A stretch of DNA of 60,938 nt from Symbiobacterium sp. (GCA_020725675.1 DYEP01000119.1:1-60938), one strand, 5' to 3'; shown: positions 18,747 through 28,531, counted from the first letter of the stretch. Numbers and translations are program-made. The notes: generated by a model not told the origin, from the sequence alone.

Positions 18747-19874
18747 AAACACTTTCCAAGGGCGCACACTGAAATACTGGCATGTGAGCAGCTGGCATAA
18801 ATGGATCGGAGACGTCATGTAAGAGACGAAAGACGCCGCATACGCGAGCATGGCATAGGTTGCTGGAGTGCTTCCGGCAAATGGCCGGAGGATGGGGAAG
18901 GAAACTGCCACGGTAACTGAAACGGAGCCTGTGACGAACCCAAGGAGCAGCGGTATGAGGAAGAACAACAAAGACTTGCTGACTCCAGAGTCGACTAGCG
19001 CACCGATTATGGAACTGACCGCCGGTGCTTCTTGTACCATGCCCCTAAAGATCATGATGGCCAGCATGGAAAGGGACGTCCACCAGTCAACCAAACCCAA
19101 CGCGCTGCGGATGGAGATCTGTTTACGCGCCTGGACAAGCGCTACCGCTGCTCCTATGCCAAGGCTCAGGGGCAATGGGGTAGACAGCGCTCCGAAAGTC
19201 AGAAGCGCCACCAGGATGGGTGCAGCGCTTGATACAAAGGAGCGCGCAGTGTGTTTTAAGGGCTTTGAAGGCTCACTTTCAGGGCTCTTGCTGCTGCCAA
19301 GTAGGGTAAAATATGCTGTGATGATGGCCGCCAGTGCTGCGGGCATATTCAGGAGTACCAGCCTGTACAATTCCAACTCCCAGAGCCTTGAGGCAAGGAT
19401 AAGTCCCGGCATAAACGGGAATACCAGGAAACACGCGTGCCTGAAGACCAGGTTTGCCGCGGATTTGGTCTCCGGATCAAGACCCATCCTGTTTCCGAGT
19501 GCGTCCACCATGGGAGCGGAAAGCGCAGCTCCCCCGAGTACGGGCATGGTGCCGATGAGCGCGGGCGTTAGTACGAGGGCTGACCTATCGCTCCTCACGA
19601 TATCCCGCAAAGAGTTGACCATTGCATCAAGCCGGCTGGTTTTCTTCATACAATTTCCGATCAAACTAATGAATACAACAGACAAAGCCAGCTCCCAAGT
19701 GGTGTAGGACGCAAGAGCGCTGCTCGTTATATAAAGCAACTTTGACATACTATAGCGGGATGAAATGGCTACGATGCAAGCACCCGCGAGCATTGCGGGG
19801 CCCATGTGTACCTTCTTGGTGACGAGTACGATGATGACGACAAATGCAAAAGCTACGCCTAGCGTTTCGGCCAT
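18678..19874 (-). CDS. Polytopic membrane protein, possibly DUF401 / ion-transporter-superfamily-like
   Basis: I prefer the start MAETLGVAFAFVVIIVLV, which has GAGGTG upstream. The protein is hydrophobic throughout (~10-12 segments). The family call is tentative. Confidence 0.55.
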   Translation of the reverse strand: MAETLGVAFAFVVIIVLVTKKVHMGPAMLAGACIVAISSRYSMSKLLYITSSALASYTTWELALSVVFISLIGNCMKKTSRLDAMVNSLRDIVRSDRSALVLTPALIGTMPVLGGAALSAPMVDALGNRMGLDPETKSAANLVFRHACFLVFPFMPGLILASRLWELELYRLVLLNMPAALAAIITAYFTLLGSSKSPESEPSKPLKHTARSFVSSAAPILVALLTFGALSTPLPLSLGIGAAVALVQARKQISIRSALGLVDWWTSLSMLAIMIFRGMVQEAPAVSSIIGALVDSGVSKSLLFFLIPLLLGFVTGSVSVTVAVSFPILRPFAGSTPATYAMLAYAASFVSYMTSPIHLCQLLTCQYFSVRPWKVFLRYLPSMLALLAAVAVVSVITV

Positions 19875-19957
19875 TTCTGCACCTCTTCTCTCTGGCTGAT
19901 AAAATTTCGACCACATGAAGGCTTTTCCTCTTTTCCATGACAAAAGGGGTGACGCAC

Positions 19958-20560
19958 TTGGGGCTGATCCATATCGTGAGGCATGGCGAAACGGCCTACA
20001 ACCGGCAGGGCCGGTTCCAGGGCCAACTGGATGTGCCGCTGTCGGCCGAAGGGTTGGCGCAGGCGGACAGGCTGGCGAAGCGTCTGGGGTCCCACCGAAT
20101 CCATACGGTGTTCTCCAGCGACCTCATGAGAGCGCGACTCACCGCTGTCCGCATTGCTGATGCAACAGGTGCCAATCTCATTGTCGACAGCCGCCTCCGC
20201 GAACTTGATGTGTCGAAGTGGTCTGGTCTTACCTTGAATGAAGTAAGAGAGCAATTCCCTCAGGAGCTGGCTGATTGGAAACGAAAACCATTGGATGTAA
20301 GTCCGCACGGGGGAGAGACCATCCTTGACATGGCGGAGAGGATCCGGGCGTTCATTGCCGAGCACTCTTGGGAAGGAAATGACATGTACGCCGTTGTTAC
20401 GCACGGTCACGCCATTAAGGTGTTTCTCTGTCTCATGCTAGGCATTGATCTGTCATTTAAAGACCGGTTCTGGGCAGACAACGCTTCGCTTACGACCCTC
20501 CGAGTAAATGACGGCACTGCCCATCTCATACTGCTCAATGACACCTGCCACCTCACGTAG
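19958..20560 (+). CDS. Histidine phosphatase family protein (phosphoglycerate mutase / alpha-ribazole phosphatase-like)
   Basis: LIHIVRHGETAYN (RHG motif) and VVTHGHAI. TTG at 19958 lies 6 nt after AAAGGGGTGA; an ATG at 19937 is the alternative. Confidence 0.78.
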   Translation: MGLIHIVRHGETAYNRQGRFQGQLDVPLSAEGLAQADRLAKRLGSHRIHTVFSSDLMRARLTAVRIADATGANLIVDSRLRELDVSKWSGLTLNEVREQFPQELADWKRKPLDVSPHGGETILDMAERIRAFIAEHSWEGNDMYAVVTHGHAIKVFLCLMLGIDLSFKDRFWADNASLTTLRVNDGTAHLILLNDTCHLT

Positions 20561-20587
20561 AATATGATTCTTGTGAGGTGATGCGGC

Positions 20588-21019
20588 ATGCTAAGGGTGG
20601 GACTGGTGCTCCTTCTTGCGGTTTGCACCGTTGCGCTTCAAGCGGTGCTGTTTTCCGCGCTCTATCTTGTCTGGGCACAACGTGTACCCGAAGTCGCGGC
20701 TGTGTTAGACATTTTTTTGCAACCCGAATCCGTTTGGCTTATCGGGATATCCGCTGCCGGCGGCATATTATTGGCTCAAGTCCTCAGCGGAGTGCTTCCG
20801 CTGCACTTCGTTACGGGGTTTACTGGAGGGAGCGTGAGTTCGCTTATCACCACGTTATACTTCGCCCGCTCTCTGACGCCCGGAAGGCCGCTCAGTGAAA
20901 TAGTCCTCCGGCTGTATCCGGACTTGGTCGTGGCCGTCTTACCCTGTGCCTTGTCCGTCGCGCTGTTTAATATCCTGGTCCACTTCAAGGCAGGTACGGG
21001 AAAAGGTTGGGAAGAATAG
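20588..21019 (+). CDS. Small hypothetical membrane protein (~4 TM)
   Basis: ATG is preceded by GAGGTGA. The ORF has four hydrophobic segments and no recognisable family. Confidence 0.5.
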   Translation: MLRVGLVLLLAVCTVALQAVLFSALYLVWAQRVPEVAAVLDIFLQPESVWLIGISAAGGILLAQVLSGVLPLHFVTGFTGGSVSSLITTLYFARSLTPGRPLSEIVLRLYPDLVVAVLPCALSVALFNILVHFKAGTGKGWEE

Positions 21020-21061
21020 ATGGTAAAGACGCCTCACATCGTATAACAAGGTGGTAGATTC

Positions 21062-23785
21062 TTGAAAACGTTTGATCGGTTCGTCGCTTTGACCCTCAAC
21101 AGTTCTGAACTTTCGCCGAAAGACGCTCAGGTCACCCGGGTTGGAGCAGTTCGTTTCGAGCACGGAGAGAGCGTGGACGAAATGGTGCTGCTTTTCGACC
21201 CAGCTGGCGAACAGCCTGAGCAAGTGGTGCCACGGACCCGGATCAACGTCGCGCCAAGCGACGTGAGCACCACGGACGCGCTCTGCCGATTCATTGGCTC
21301 CGACCCGATTGTGACCCACAGTACCCACTTTGATATCGTCGACAACTGGCTTTCCGAGGCAACCGTTGTGGACGTGATTGACCTTGCCCGAGTGGCTGTA
21401 CCGGACCTGGCGAGTTACAGCCTACAGTCCATTTTGAGTATGTTGGGTATGAGTCAGCACCGCTCCCACAATGTTCTCGAGGATGCACGGGCATGCGGCC
21501 AGGCGTTTCTTGGTCTTCTGGACATGCTTCGCGCGTGTGAAGCCAGCATGCTGAGAGGTGCGGGACATCTGCTTGAGTCTGGCGGGTTGGCCGCCGGCAG
21601 GCTGCTGGTTGAACTGGCCGGAGAGGCCAGAGGGTGTCCCCGCCCTGACGGTGAGTCAAGGCCCGAACCCTTAAGACCGCAGGATAACCCTTCGGAGGTG
21701 GAGCCCGAAGACTGCACGGCGCTGCTTCAGGCAGGAGGTCCGATAGCTGCCAGCATCCCGTGTTTTGAAATGCGCCCAGGACAACTTGCCATGGCGCGGC
21801 TCATCTGTCGGGCATTCAGAGAACAGCGCCACATCATGGTGGAGGCAGGTACCGGTACCGGGAAGTCCCTGGCCTACCTGGTACCTGGCGTCCTTCATGC
21901 TCTCGCCACAGGGGAGAGAGTGGTGGTCTCCACCCATACGCTGAACCTTCAGGAGCAGCTGTTCAAAAAGGACATCCCGATGCTAAGTCAGGTCACGTCA
22001 AAGGACTTCCGGGCTGCGTGCATCAAGGGAAGAAACAACTACCTGTGCCGGAGGAAGTGGGCAAGCGCAGTGACGGAAGCCGCGCTCGTACGGGAGAGGG
22101 AGCGGGCAAGGCTGCTTGCATGGTTATTCTCCTGGGGGTCGCGCACAAAGACAGGTGACCGGCAGGAAATAAACCTCCCCCCGTCCGCTGAGAACCTCTG
22201 GCTGGAGCTGGCCGCCGATACGTCTAGCTGCGCGGGCGCCAGGTGCCCGGCCAGAAAATCATGTTTTGTGGCCGCTGCACGAGCCCAGGCCGCAGCTTCC
22301 CACCTCGTGATTACCAATCATTCACTGCTCTTTTCAGACTTCAAGACCGACAACCAGGTATTGCCGAAGTACAGCAGACTGATTGTGGATGAAGCCCATC
22401 ACCTTGAGGAGGCTGCTACCAGGCATCTTGGCACCGAATTGGACTTTTACCATATCGCCAGTACGCTATCGACCGACGGCTATCTGCTCTCGCTGAAGGG
22501 GCGAATATCAACAAGCCGTGCGTTTTCCTCGAAAGCCAAGGCGGCCCTGCTGGAAGCGATGGACAGCGGGCACAAAGCTGCCAAATCTGCGGTGGCGGCG
22601 CTTACTGACCTGGGTTCAGCGCTTGTGAGCATCTGCTTCGGCAACCAGCAGGAAGACGTGCGTACCAGGAGGATCTTGGCTGAGACCTTCACAAAGATGC
22701 CAGAAGCCGCAGGTGTGGCTTTGGAGAACACGCGTTACTGGCTTCAGCAAGTATTTCAACAAATGAAGGAAGCCGCACTGGCCCTCGAAGACACTGATGA
22801 CGATGATGCCGGGTGCATACAGGCGGAAATAACAAACCTGTCCCAGCTGATCTCGCAGTGGTACGCACTTCTTCCTGAGCTGATCAGCGCCGAGGACCCT
22901 GCTTGCGTGTACTGGGCCGATTGGTACCCTGCCCGGGGTGCTCTCGGTATATGCCTGCACGCTGCCCCGGTCGAAGTGGGTCCGCTGTTGCGGCGGCTGT
23001 TGTTCGATAACTTGAAGACTGTAATCCTTACATCTGCAACCTTGAGCGTTGACGGGCGGTTTTCCTACGCCGCGTCAAGACTTGGCCTTGATCAATGCGA
23101 ACGCTTTGATTTTCATCAAGTCCCAAGCACCTTCTCTTACAAAGAACAGGCGCTTCTTTTAGTCGTCGAAGATCTGCCAGACCCAAACTTGACAAGGGAG
23201 TTCTCGGCCGCTGTAGCCACATTCCTGCTGGACCTCGGCAAGGCCCTGGGAGGAAGGACCCTGGTGTTATTCACCTCGAATCGGATGCTAAAGGACGTGG
23301 CGCAAAAGATTCGCGCGGACTATGCTGATCTTGGTATAGAATTGCTCGCACAGGGAGTTGACGGAGCACGAGGACACCTCACAGAGCAGTTCAGGGCCAA
23401 CTCCTCCTCCATACTGTTTGGGTCAGCCTCGTTCTGGGAAGGGGTGGACCTGCCAGGCGAAGAACTGATATGTGTCGTACTGGTTCGCTTGCCTTTCTGG
23501 CCGCCCGATGTACCGGTGGTGCAGGCGAGGATGGAAGCCATCGCGAAACGCGGGGGCGACCCGTTCTGGGAGTATGCGCTTCCTGAAGCGGTCATTCGGT
23601 TCAAGCAAGGATTCGGGCGGCTCATACGTACAGCTTCGGATAAAGGTGCAGTGGTCGTGCTGGATCCGAGAATGACGAGGGCGAAGTACAGCCGTGTGTT
23701 TGTCTCCTCCCTCCCTGGGCCGATGTGTATCCGGGTGTCTGCCCGGCAGAGCATTTCGACGCTTCTTGAGTGGCTAAGGAGTTGA
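21062..23785 (+). CDS. dinG: DinG-family ATP-dependent DNA helicase with an N-terminal DnaQ-like (apparently degenerate) exonuclease domain
   Basis: Walker A AGTGTGKS, DEAH box VDEAHHLEEA, and a C-terminal helicase motif VI-like QGFGRLIR. Cysteine pattern C...C...C-x4-C-x5-C (CIKGRNNYLC ... SSCAGARCPARKSC). The N-terminal ~160 aa resemble an epsilon-type exonuclease fold. Confidence 0.85.
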   Translation: MKTFDRFVALTLNSSELSPKDAQVTRVGAVRFEHGESVDEMVLLFDPAGEQPEQVVPRTRINVAPSDVSTTDALCRFIGSDPIVTHSTHFDIVDNWLSEATVVDVIDLARVAVPDLASYSLQSILSMLGMSQHRSHNVLEDARACGQAFLGLLDMLRACEASMLRGAGHLLESGGLAAGRLLVELAGEARGCPRPDGESRPEPLRPQDNPSEVEPEDCTALLQAGGPIAASIPCFEMRPGQLAMARLICRAFREQRHIMVEAGTGTGKSLAYLVPGVLHALATGERVVVSTHTLNLQEQLFKKDIPMLSQVTSKDFRAACIKGRNNYLCRRKWASAVTEAALVRERERARLLAWLFSWGSRTKTGDRQEINLPPSAENLWLELAADTSSCAGARCPARKSCFVAAARAQAAASHLVITNHSLLFSDFKTDNQVLPKYSRLIVDEAHHLEEAATRHLGTELDFYHIASTLSTDGYLLSLKGRISTSRAFSSKAKAALLEAMDSGHKAAKSAVAALTDLGSALVSICFGNQQEDVRTRRILAETFTKMPEAAGVALENTRYWLQQVFQQMKEAALALEDTDDDDAGCIQAEITNLSQLISQWYALLPELISAEDPACVYWADWYPARGALGICLHAAPVEVGPLLRRLLFDNLKTVILTSATLSVDGRFSYAASRLGLDQCERFDFHQVPSTFSYKEQALLLVVEDLPDPNLTREFSAAVATFLLDLGKALGGRTLVLFTSNRMLKDVAQKIRADYADLGIELLAQGVDGARGHLTEQFRANSSSILFGSASFWEGVDLPGEELICVVLVRLPFWPPDVPVVQARMEAIAKRGGDPFWEYALPEAVIRFKQGFGRLIRTASDKGAVVVLDPRMTRAKYSRVFVSSLPGPMCIRVSARQSISTLLEWLRS

Positions 23786-23791
23786 CGAAGG

Positions 23792-24550
23792 ATGATTGTA
23801 CTGTTAACGAATGACGATGGCTATCAAGCAGAAGGTCTAAGGGCGCTTACAGAAGCCTTTGCCGAGGCTGCAGACTTCTCTCCCTACGTAGTCGCGCCTG
23901 ACAGGGAGCGTAGCGCCACGAGCCACGCTATCACCATGCACAAGCCCCTGATAGTAAATGAACTTTGCAAGGAGGGCTGCGCCACCTGGGTAGTCTCAGG
24001 CACCCCGGCAGACTGCGTTAAACTGGCCGTAGAAGCGCTGCTGCCTAAAAAGCCAGCACTGGTCATTTCTGGCATCAACCGGGGCGCCAACCTCGGAAAC
24101 GATATCCTTTACTCAGGGACGGTTTCCGCAGCCATTGAAGGTACGCTGCTTTCCATACCGTCAGTCGCCATATCGCTATGCTCGCGGGACTCAGGGGATT
24201 TTCGTGTGGCGGCTGCATTCGGAGTCAGGCTTGCAAGACAGGTCGCAGCCAATGGACTGCCACCGTCCACGCTCCTGAATGTGAATGTGCCGGGCATCCC
24301 TGCGGACCGGATTCGCGGTGTGAGGGTCACTTGCCTGGGCACGCGCAGGTACCAGAACGTGTTTGACCGAAGGGTTGACCCAAGGGGAAGAGTGTACTAC
24401 TGGATGGCAGGAGACGCCTGCGATGAAGAGGAGAGCGAAGACACAGACGTAGCTGCAACGCTGTGCGGTTATATATCCTTGACACCTGTGAAGATCGATC
24501 TCACAGCTTGGGAATTTGTGGAAGAACTAAAAGGCTGGAATCTTGAATGA
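23792..24550 (+). CDS. surE: 5'/3'-nucleotidase SurE
   Basis: MIVLLTNDDGYQAEGLRAL, SGINRGANLGNDILYSGTV. Confidence 0.92.
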   Translation: MIVLLTNDDGYQAEGLRALTEAFAEAADFSPYVVAPDRERSATSHAITMHKPLIVNELCKEGCATWVVSGTPADCVKLAVEALLPKKPALVISGINRGANLGNDILYSGTVSAAIEGTLLSIPSVAISLCSRDSGDFRVAAAFGVRLARQVAANGLPPSTLLNVNVPGIPADRIRGVRVTCLGTRRYQNVFDRRVDPRGRVYYWMAGDACDEEESEDTDVAATLCGYISLTPVKIDLTAWEFVEELKGWNLE

Positions 24551-24561
24551 AGGGGTAAGAA

Positions 24562-25626
24562 ATGCCTAAGGCTGCACTTTTGTACGACGACCGTTTCCTG
24601 CTTCACGATACCGGGGCGCACCCGGAAAACGCTGTTCGACTGAAAAGGACCGTGGAATTGTTTCGGAGCCGCGGTGTGATGGACCTTGTCGAACGGCCCC
24701 AGTTCAGCCCTGCAGATGAGAAATTCCTTGAAATGGTTCACACAAGGCCGTACATAAACCAGGTACAACGCTTTGCCATGGCAGGAGGGGGGTTCATGGG
24801 AGTCGACACCATCATCAGTCAGCAGTCGTACGAGGTGGCGAAGCTGGCAGCGGGCGCTTGCCGTACGGCGGTGGACTTGGTGTTGGACGGAGCTGCGGCG
24901 AATGCATTTTGTCTGGTGCGACCGCCCGGCCACCATGCGGACTCGGCTCGTGGTTCGGGTTTCTGCATATTTAACAACGTAGCGCTGGCTGCACGATACG
25001 CACTGGAGCGGCGCGGGTTGACAAGAGTGCTGATTCTGGACTGGGACGTGCATCATGGTAACGGCACTGAAGTGATCTTCTACCAGGATCCTCGCGTCTT
25101 ATACCTTTCAATCCACCAAAGCCCGGCCTATCCTGGGACTGGCTGGGTATCAGACCGGGGCGTTGGAGCAGGCGAAGGGTTTAATGTGAATGTACCGCTC
25201 CCGTATGGTGTGGGTGACGAAGGTTATCTGTATGTTATGAAGAAGCTGTTCTTGCCCATAGCTCTTGAATTTGGGCCGCAATTGATCCTCGTATCGGCCG
25301 GGCAGGACTGCCACTTCGCGGACTATCTGGGCGGGATGGAAGTTACGAGCCTGGGGTTTTCGGCGATGACGCACCTGGTACTGAAAGTCGCTGCTTGCAG
25401 GTGCCCTGGCAAAGTGGTGGCTGTACTTGAAGGCGGGTACAATCCTGAGGCGCTTGCCACGAGCAACCTGGCTGTGCTGAGCGCGCTGGGCGGGCTCGGC
25501 CTGGAAACACAGGACGTATTTCCTTCTCCTTCCGTTCCGCTCAGCGATGAAGTGGTAAGGAGAACTGAAGAGGTCGCCATGGCACAGGCGGCCCACTGGG
25601 GGTGCATGAAGCGGTTCAGGAAATGA
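24562..25626 (+). CDS. Histone deacetylase-family protein (acetoin utilisation / acetylpolyamine amidohydrolase-like)
   Basis: RPPGHHA, ILDWDVHHGNGT and EGGY. Confidence 0.85.
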   Translation: MPKAALLYDDRFLLHDTGAHPENAVRLKRTVELFRSRGVMDLVERPQFSPADEKFLEMVHTRPYINQVQRFAMAGGGFMGVDTIISQQSYEVAKLAAGACRTAVDLVLDGAAANAFCLVRPPGHHADSARGSGFCIFNNVALAARYALERRGLTRVLILDWDVHHGNGTEVIFYQDPRVLYLSIHQSPAYPGTGWVSDRGVGAGEGFNVNVPLPYGVGDEGYLYVMKKLFLPIALEFGPQLILVSAGQDCHFADYLGGMEVTSLGFSAMTHLVLKVAACRCPGKVVAVLEGGYNPEALATSNLAVLSALGGLGLETQDVFPSPSVPLSDEVVRRTEEVAMAQAAHWGCMKRFRK

Positions 25627-25767
25627 CAAACCAGAAAGGCCTGATAGTTTGAATACAGTCTCACCGCCGTGCACAATCACGTCGCTTCACTATGCCTAGT
25701 CATAATGACCTCCTCGGCGAATAGATTTAGTACCGAAGATAAACGCCGCCTGGAGGTGAATTGCGTC

Positions 25768-26169
25768 GTGAAGACTGCGAGATGGCGGGGCAGGGACTCA
25801 CATCCTGAACGTTCATTCGCACTGTCTGGCGTTGTGTCAGGTACAGTGCTTGCTATTGGCTTGACCCTGATATTCGCAGTAATCCTCTCCTTGGTGCTGA
25901 CCTTCAGTTCAGTAACAGAGAAGCATCTTCCGCTGATGGCAAACGCTGGGGGGCTGATCAGCGTCGCGATTGGCGGGGCATACGCCGCCAGGCTGTCAGA
26001 GTCCAAGGGCTGGCTGCATGGCGGCATTACAGGGGTAATGTTCATCATTGTGACATTGATAGTAGGATCTGTACTGTTCCCTGGAATTCCCCTGGCGCTG
26101 GCCGTACGCCGGGCCGCGGTGGCATTCGCAGTCGGAGCCATAGGGGGGGTTGTTGGGGTAAATATCTAG
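25768..26169 (+). CDS. Small membrane protein (YrzE / TIGR04086-like)
   Basis: GTG at 25768 lies 8 nt after GGAGGTGA. The ORF has three to four TM segments with Gly-rich helices (AIGGAYAA, AIGGVVG). The family call is tentative. Confidence 0.5.
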   Translation: MKTARWRGRDSHPERSFALSGVVSGTVLAIGLTLIFAVILSLVLTFSSVTEKHLPLMANAGGLISVAIGGAYAARLSESKGWLHGGITGVMFIIVTLIVGSVLFPGIPLALAVRRAAVAFAVGAIGGVVGVNI

Positions 26170-26181
26170 AGGTGGTTAGGC

Positions 26182-26949
26182 ATGAAGGTAGGTTTGGCCC
26201 TCGGAGGCGGTGTGGCAAGAGGTCTTGCCCACATCGGTGTCCTATCAGTACTGGAACGTTACCGTGTGCCCGTCGACTGCGTGGCCGGCACCAGCGCAGG
26301 CGCGATTGTCGGGGCACTTTTTGCGTCTGGAGTGCCGCTATCCAGGATCTTTGAAGAGGCGGCGAAGACGCGGTGGCGTGATCTCGTCCGGCTGGCCATG
26401 CATAAAGAAGGATTGATAAAGCCGGCTGGTCTGGAAAAGCACCTTACTGAGCTCATGTCAGCCTCCGAGTTTACTGATCTCAAGATTCCGTTCGCTGCAG
26501 TTGCCACGGATGTCACGACAGGTGAAGAAGTGGTGCTGGATAGCGGTAATGTCGCCAAAGCTGTTCTGGCGTCCTCAGCGATACCGGGAATTTTTACGCC
26601 TGTACGCATAGGGGACAGGCTCCTCGTGGACGGGGGAGTGGTCAACAATGTACCTGCGAGCGTGGTACGTCGTATGGGGGCAGATCTGGTGATAGCGGTT
26701 GACGTAAACCATCACGAGCTGGCCAGAAAGGAGCCTACGAATATTTTCCACATCATCGTAAACTCCATCCACATCATGCAGCGGGCAAATGCACAGAAAG
26801 AACTGGCATACGCTGATCTGGTCATCCAGCCGAACCTTCAGGGCATGGGACTTATGGATCTTGAACGTTGCCGCGAATTCGTGGGCAGAGGCGCAGTAGC
26901 AACTGCCTCTATGATCCCGAAGATACTTGAACGGCTCGGCCGCCTGTGA
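26182..26949 (+). CDS. Patatin-like phospholipase (RssA/YlbK-like)
   Basis: GGGVARG oxyanion motif, GTSAGA nucleophile elbow, and DGG near the catalytic Asp. Confidence 0.85.
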   Translation: MKVGLALGGGVARGLAHIGVLSVLERYRVPVDCVAGTSAGAIVGALFASGVPLSRIFEEAAKTRWRDLVRLAMHKEGLIKPAGLEKHLTELMSASEFTDLKIPFAAVATDVTTGEEVVLDSGNVAKAVLASSAIPGIFTPVRIGDRLLVDGGVVNNVPASVVRRMGADLVIAVDVNHHELARKEPTNIFHIIVNSIHIMQRANAQKELAYADLVIQPNLQGMGLMDLERCREFVGRGAVATASMIPKILERLGRL

Positions 26950-27003
26950 ATAACATCATAGTTTCAGGAAAACCTAAGGGAAAATGGAACCTGGAGGTTT
27001 TCC

Positions 27004-28101
27004 ATGAAAAAACTCCTACTCGTATTTGTTATATACCTCCTGTTGCCAGCTTCGGCGAGCGCTTCGGTGGTCCTTGGACCCGGTTCGCGCGGTGACTCAG
27101 TACGTGAACTTCAGTCCTGGCTAAAAGAGTTCGGGTATTACACAGGTTCGGTCGATGGCATATTCGGCCCTCGTACACATCAGGCGGTGAAGGAGTTTCA
27201 AAAGAACTCGGGTCTTGCAGCAGATGGGTTGGTCGGAGCAGAGACCATGCGCGCGCTCGATGAACTCCGAAGACGGGACCTGGTTCAAAGAGGGGTGTAT
27301 GTAGTAAAAAAGGGAGAGACTCTTGCAGGTATTGCCGTGAAGCTCGGGATTGATATGGACGCACTCGTCCGTGCGAATAACTTAATAAACCCAGATCGTA
27401 TTCTCGCCGGACAAACATTAATACTCCCCGGCAATGAGCCGACGCCCGACTCACACACACCACCTGCTCCGGCAGAGCCCGCAGCAGAGCCCACCGTAGA
27501 GCCCAGGGTAACAAGTCCAAAGACCACCGGCATGGTTGCGTTGACGTTTAACGATGGGCCCTATGCTTCCACGACCGCACGTATTCTTGATATACTGAAA
27601 GCGCATGGTGTGCCTGCGACCTTCTTTGTAGTGGGAAAGAATCTCAAGGAACTACCCCAGATCGGAGAGAGGATGGTTAAGGAAGGTCACGCTCTCGCCA
27701 ACCACACCTGGTCACACAGGTCCTGGGAAGGACTGAGTATAAATGAGATTAGGAAAGAAATAAGGGAAGGGGCGCGGGCTATTGAGCAAATTACGGGCAT
27801 AAGAACACGACTATTTCGCCCACCCTTTGACCTGCCGCCGCCAGGAGTTGTAGAGTTCTTAAAATCTGAGGGGGTAGAGATGGTGCTGTGGTCTAACGTA
27901 GCTGTAAGGGATTATCCCGCACCACAAAACCCCGACTATTTTGTGAAGAGACTGGTAGAGTCATGTGTAAATGGTTCTGTGATCATGCTTCATGACGGCC
28001 TTGAGTCAACCGTTTCCATGCTCGATGCCATCCTTTGGGGACTGGCAGAAAAGGGTCTGCGCGTCACCAATCTTGAAACCGTGCTGACTCTTGGAAATTA
28101 G
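27004..28101 (+). CDS. Secreted polysaccharide deacetylase with PG-binding-1 and LysM domains
   Basis: Signal peptide MKKLLLVFVIYLLLPASASA. A PG_binding_1-like repeat (VRELQSWLKEFGYYTGSVDGIFG). LysM (YVVKKGETLAGIAVKLGIDMDALVRANNL). NodB motifs TFNDGP and HTWSH. Confidence 0.85.
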   Translation: MKKLLLVFVIYLLLPASASASVVLGPGSRGDSVRELQSWLKEFGYYTGSVDGIFGPRTHQAVKEFQKNSGLAADGLVGAETMRALDELRRRDLVQRGVYVVKKGETLAGIAVKLGIDMDALVRANNLINPDRILAGQTLILPGNEPTPDSHTPPAPAEPAAEPTVEPRVTSPKTTGMVALTFNDGPYASTTARILDILKAHGVPATFFVVGKNLKELPQIGERMVKEGHALANHTWSHRSWEGLSINEIRKEIREGARAIEQITGIRTRLFRPPFDLPPPGVVEFLKSEGVEMVLWSNVAVRDYPAPQNPDYFVKRLVESCVNGSVIMLHDGLESTVSMLDAILWGLAEKGLRVTNLETVLTLGN

Positions 28102-28122
28102 CCCCACGCGACTTATGTATAC

Positions 28123-28150
28123 GATGAGCCGTGCCAGAGTACGGCTCATC
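28123..28150. terminator. Bidirectional hairpin between convergent genes
   Basis: 10 bp stem GATGAGCCGT/ACGGCTCATC with an 8 nt loop, between the deacetylase and SASP stops. Confidence 0.5.
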
Positions 28151-28167
28151 TTCAGGTTGTAAAGTAA

Positions 28168-28398
28168 TTATTGAACAGGATTGGTGTTCGCAAGCAGTCT
28201 CTCTGCGTAGCGGATCATGACCTTTACCATATTGCCACCAATGCGTCCTCCGATACGTCCACATTCCCTTGATGTCATATCAGGCCAGCCTACAGATTCT
28301 ATTTTCTGTCTCAAACCAAGCTCGTCAGCAATTTCATATTTAAATGAATCCAATACAGGTTTCGGCAACAGCTTTCTCGTTGGACTGAATTGAGCCAT
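28168..28398 (-). CDS. Small acid-soluble spore protein, alpha/beta type
   Basis: KYEIADELGL..., GWPDMTSRECGRIGG and GGNMVKVMI. GGAGGTGA SD. Confidence 0.9.
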   Translation of the reverse strand: MAQFSPTRKLLPKPVLDSFKYEIADELGLRQKIESVGWPDMTSRECGRIGGRIGGNMVKVMIRYAERLLANTNPVQ

Positions 28399-28502
28399 AA
28401 ACAGGTCACCTCCTCGAGTATATTGTTGCTCTCCGCGCGTTTGTGTATGTTAGCAGTATTTGAGTATACTGGTTGTCTAAATTTACAGCTCAATTCCAAG
28501 CT

Positions 28503-28531
28503 TTTAAACTTCAAAAGAGATATGCTAAAAT
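28503..28531 (+). promoter_or_regulatory. Possible extended -10 promoter for the zinc-ribbon gene
   Basis: TTTAAA, a 17 nt spacer, then TGcTAAAAT. Confidence 0.35.

Noticed and set aside
26182-26949. The patatin-like phospholipase as a possible defence effector (CBASS CapV-like).
   Set aside because: There is no cyclase/nucleotidyltransferase, no sensor, and no other defence gene nearby. Its size and motifs fit the housekeeping RssA/YlbK-type patatin common in Firmicutes.
28399-28500. A forespore sigma-G-type promoter upstream of the SASP gene. On the minus strand the candidate reads GTATA...CATACAC or GAATT...CAGTATA.
   Set aside because: The spacing and the hexamers match only loosely the GnATR-17/18-CATnnTA consensus as I remember it. 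It is plausible biologically but not supportable enough to list as a feature.
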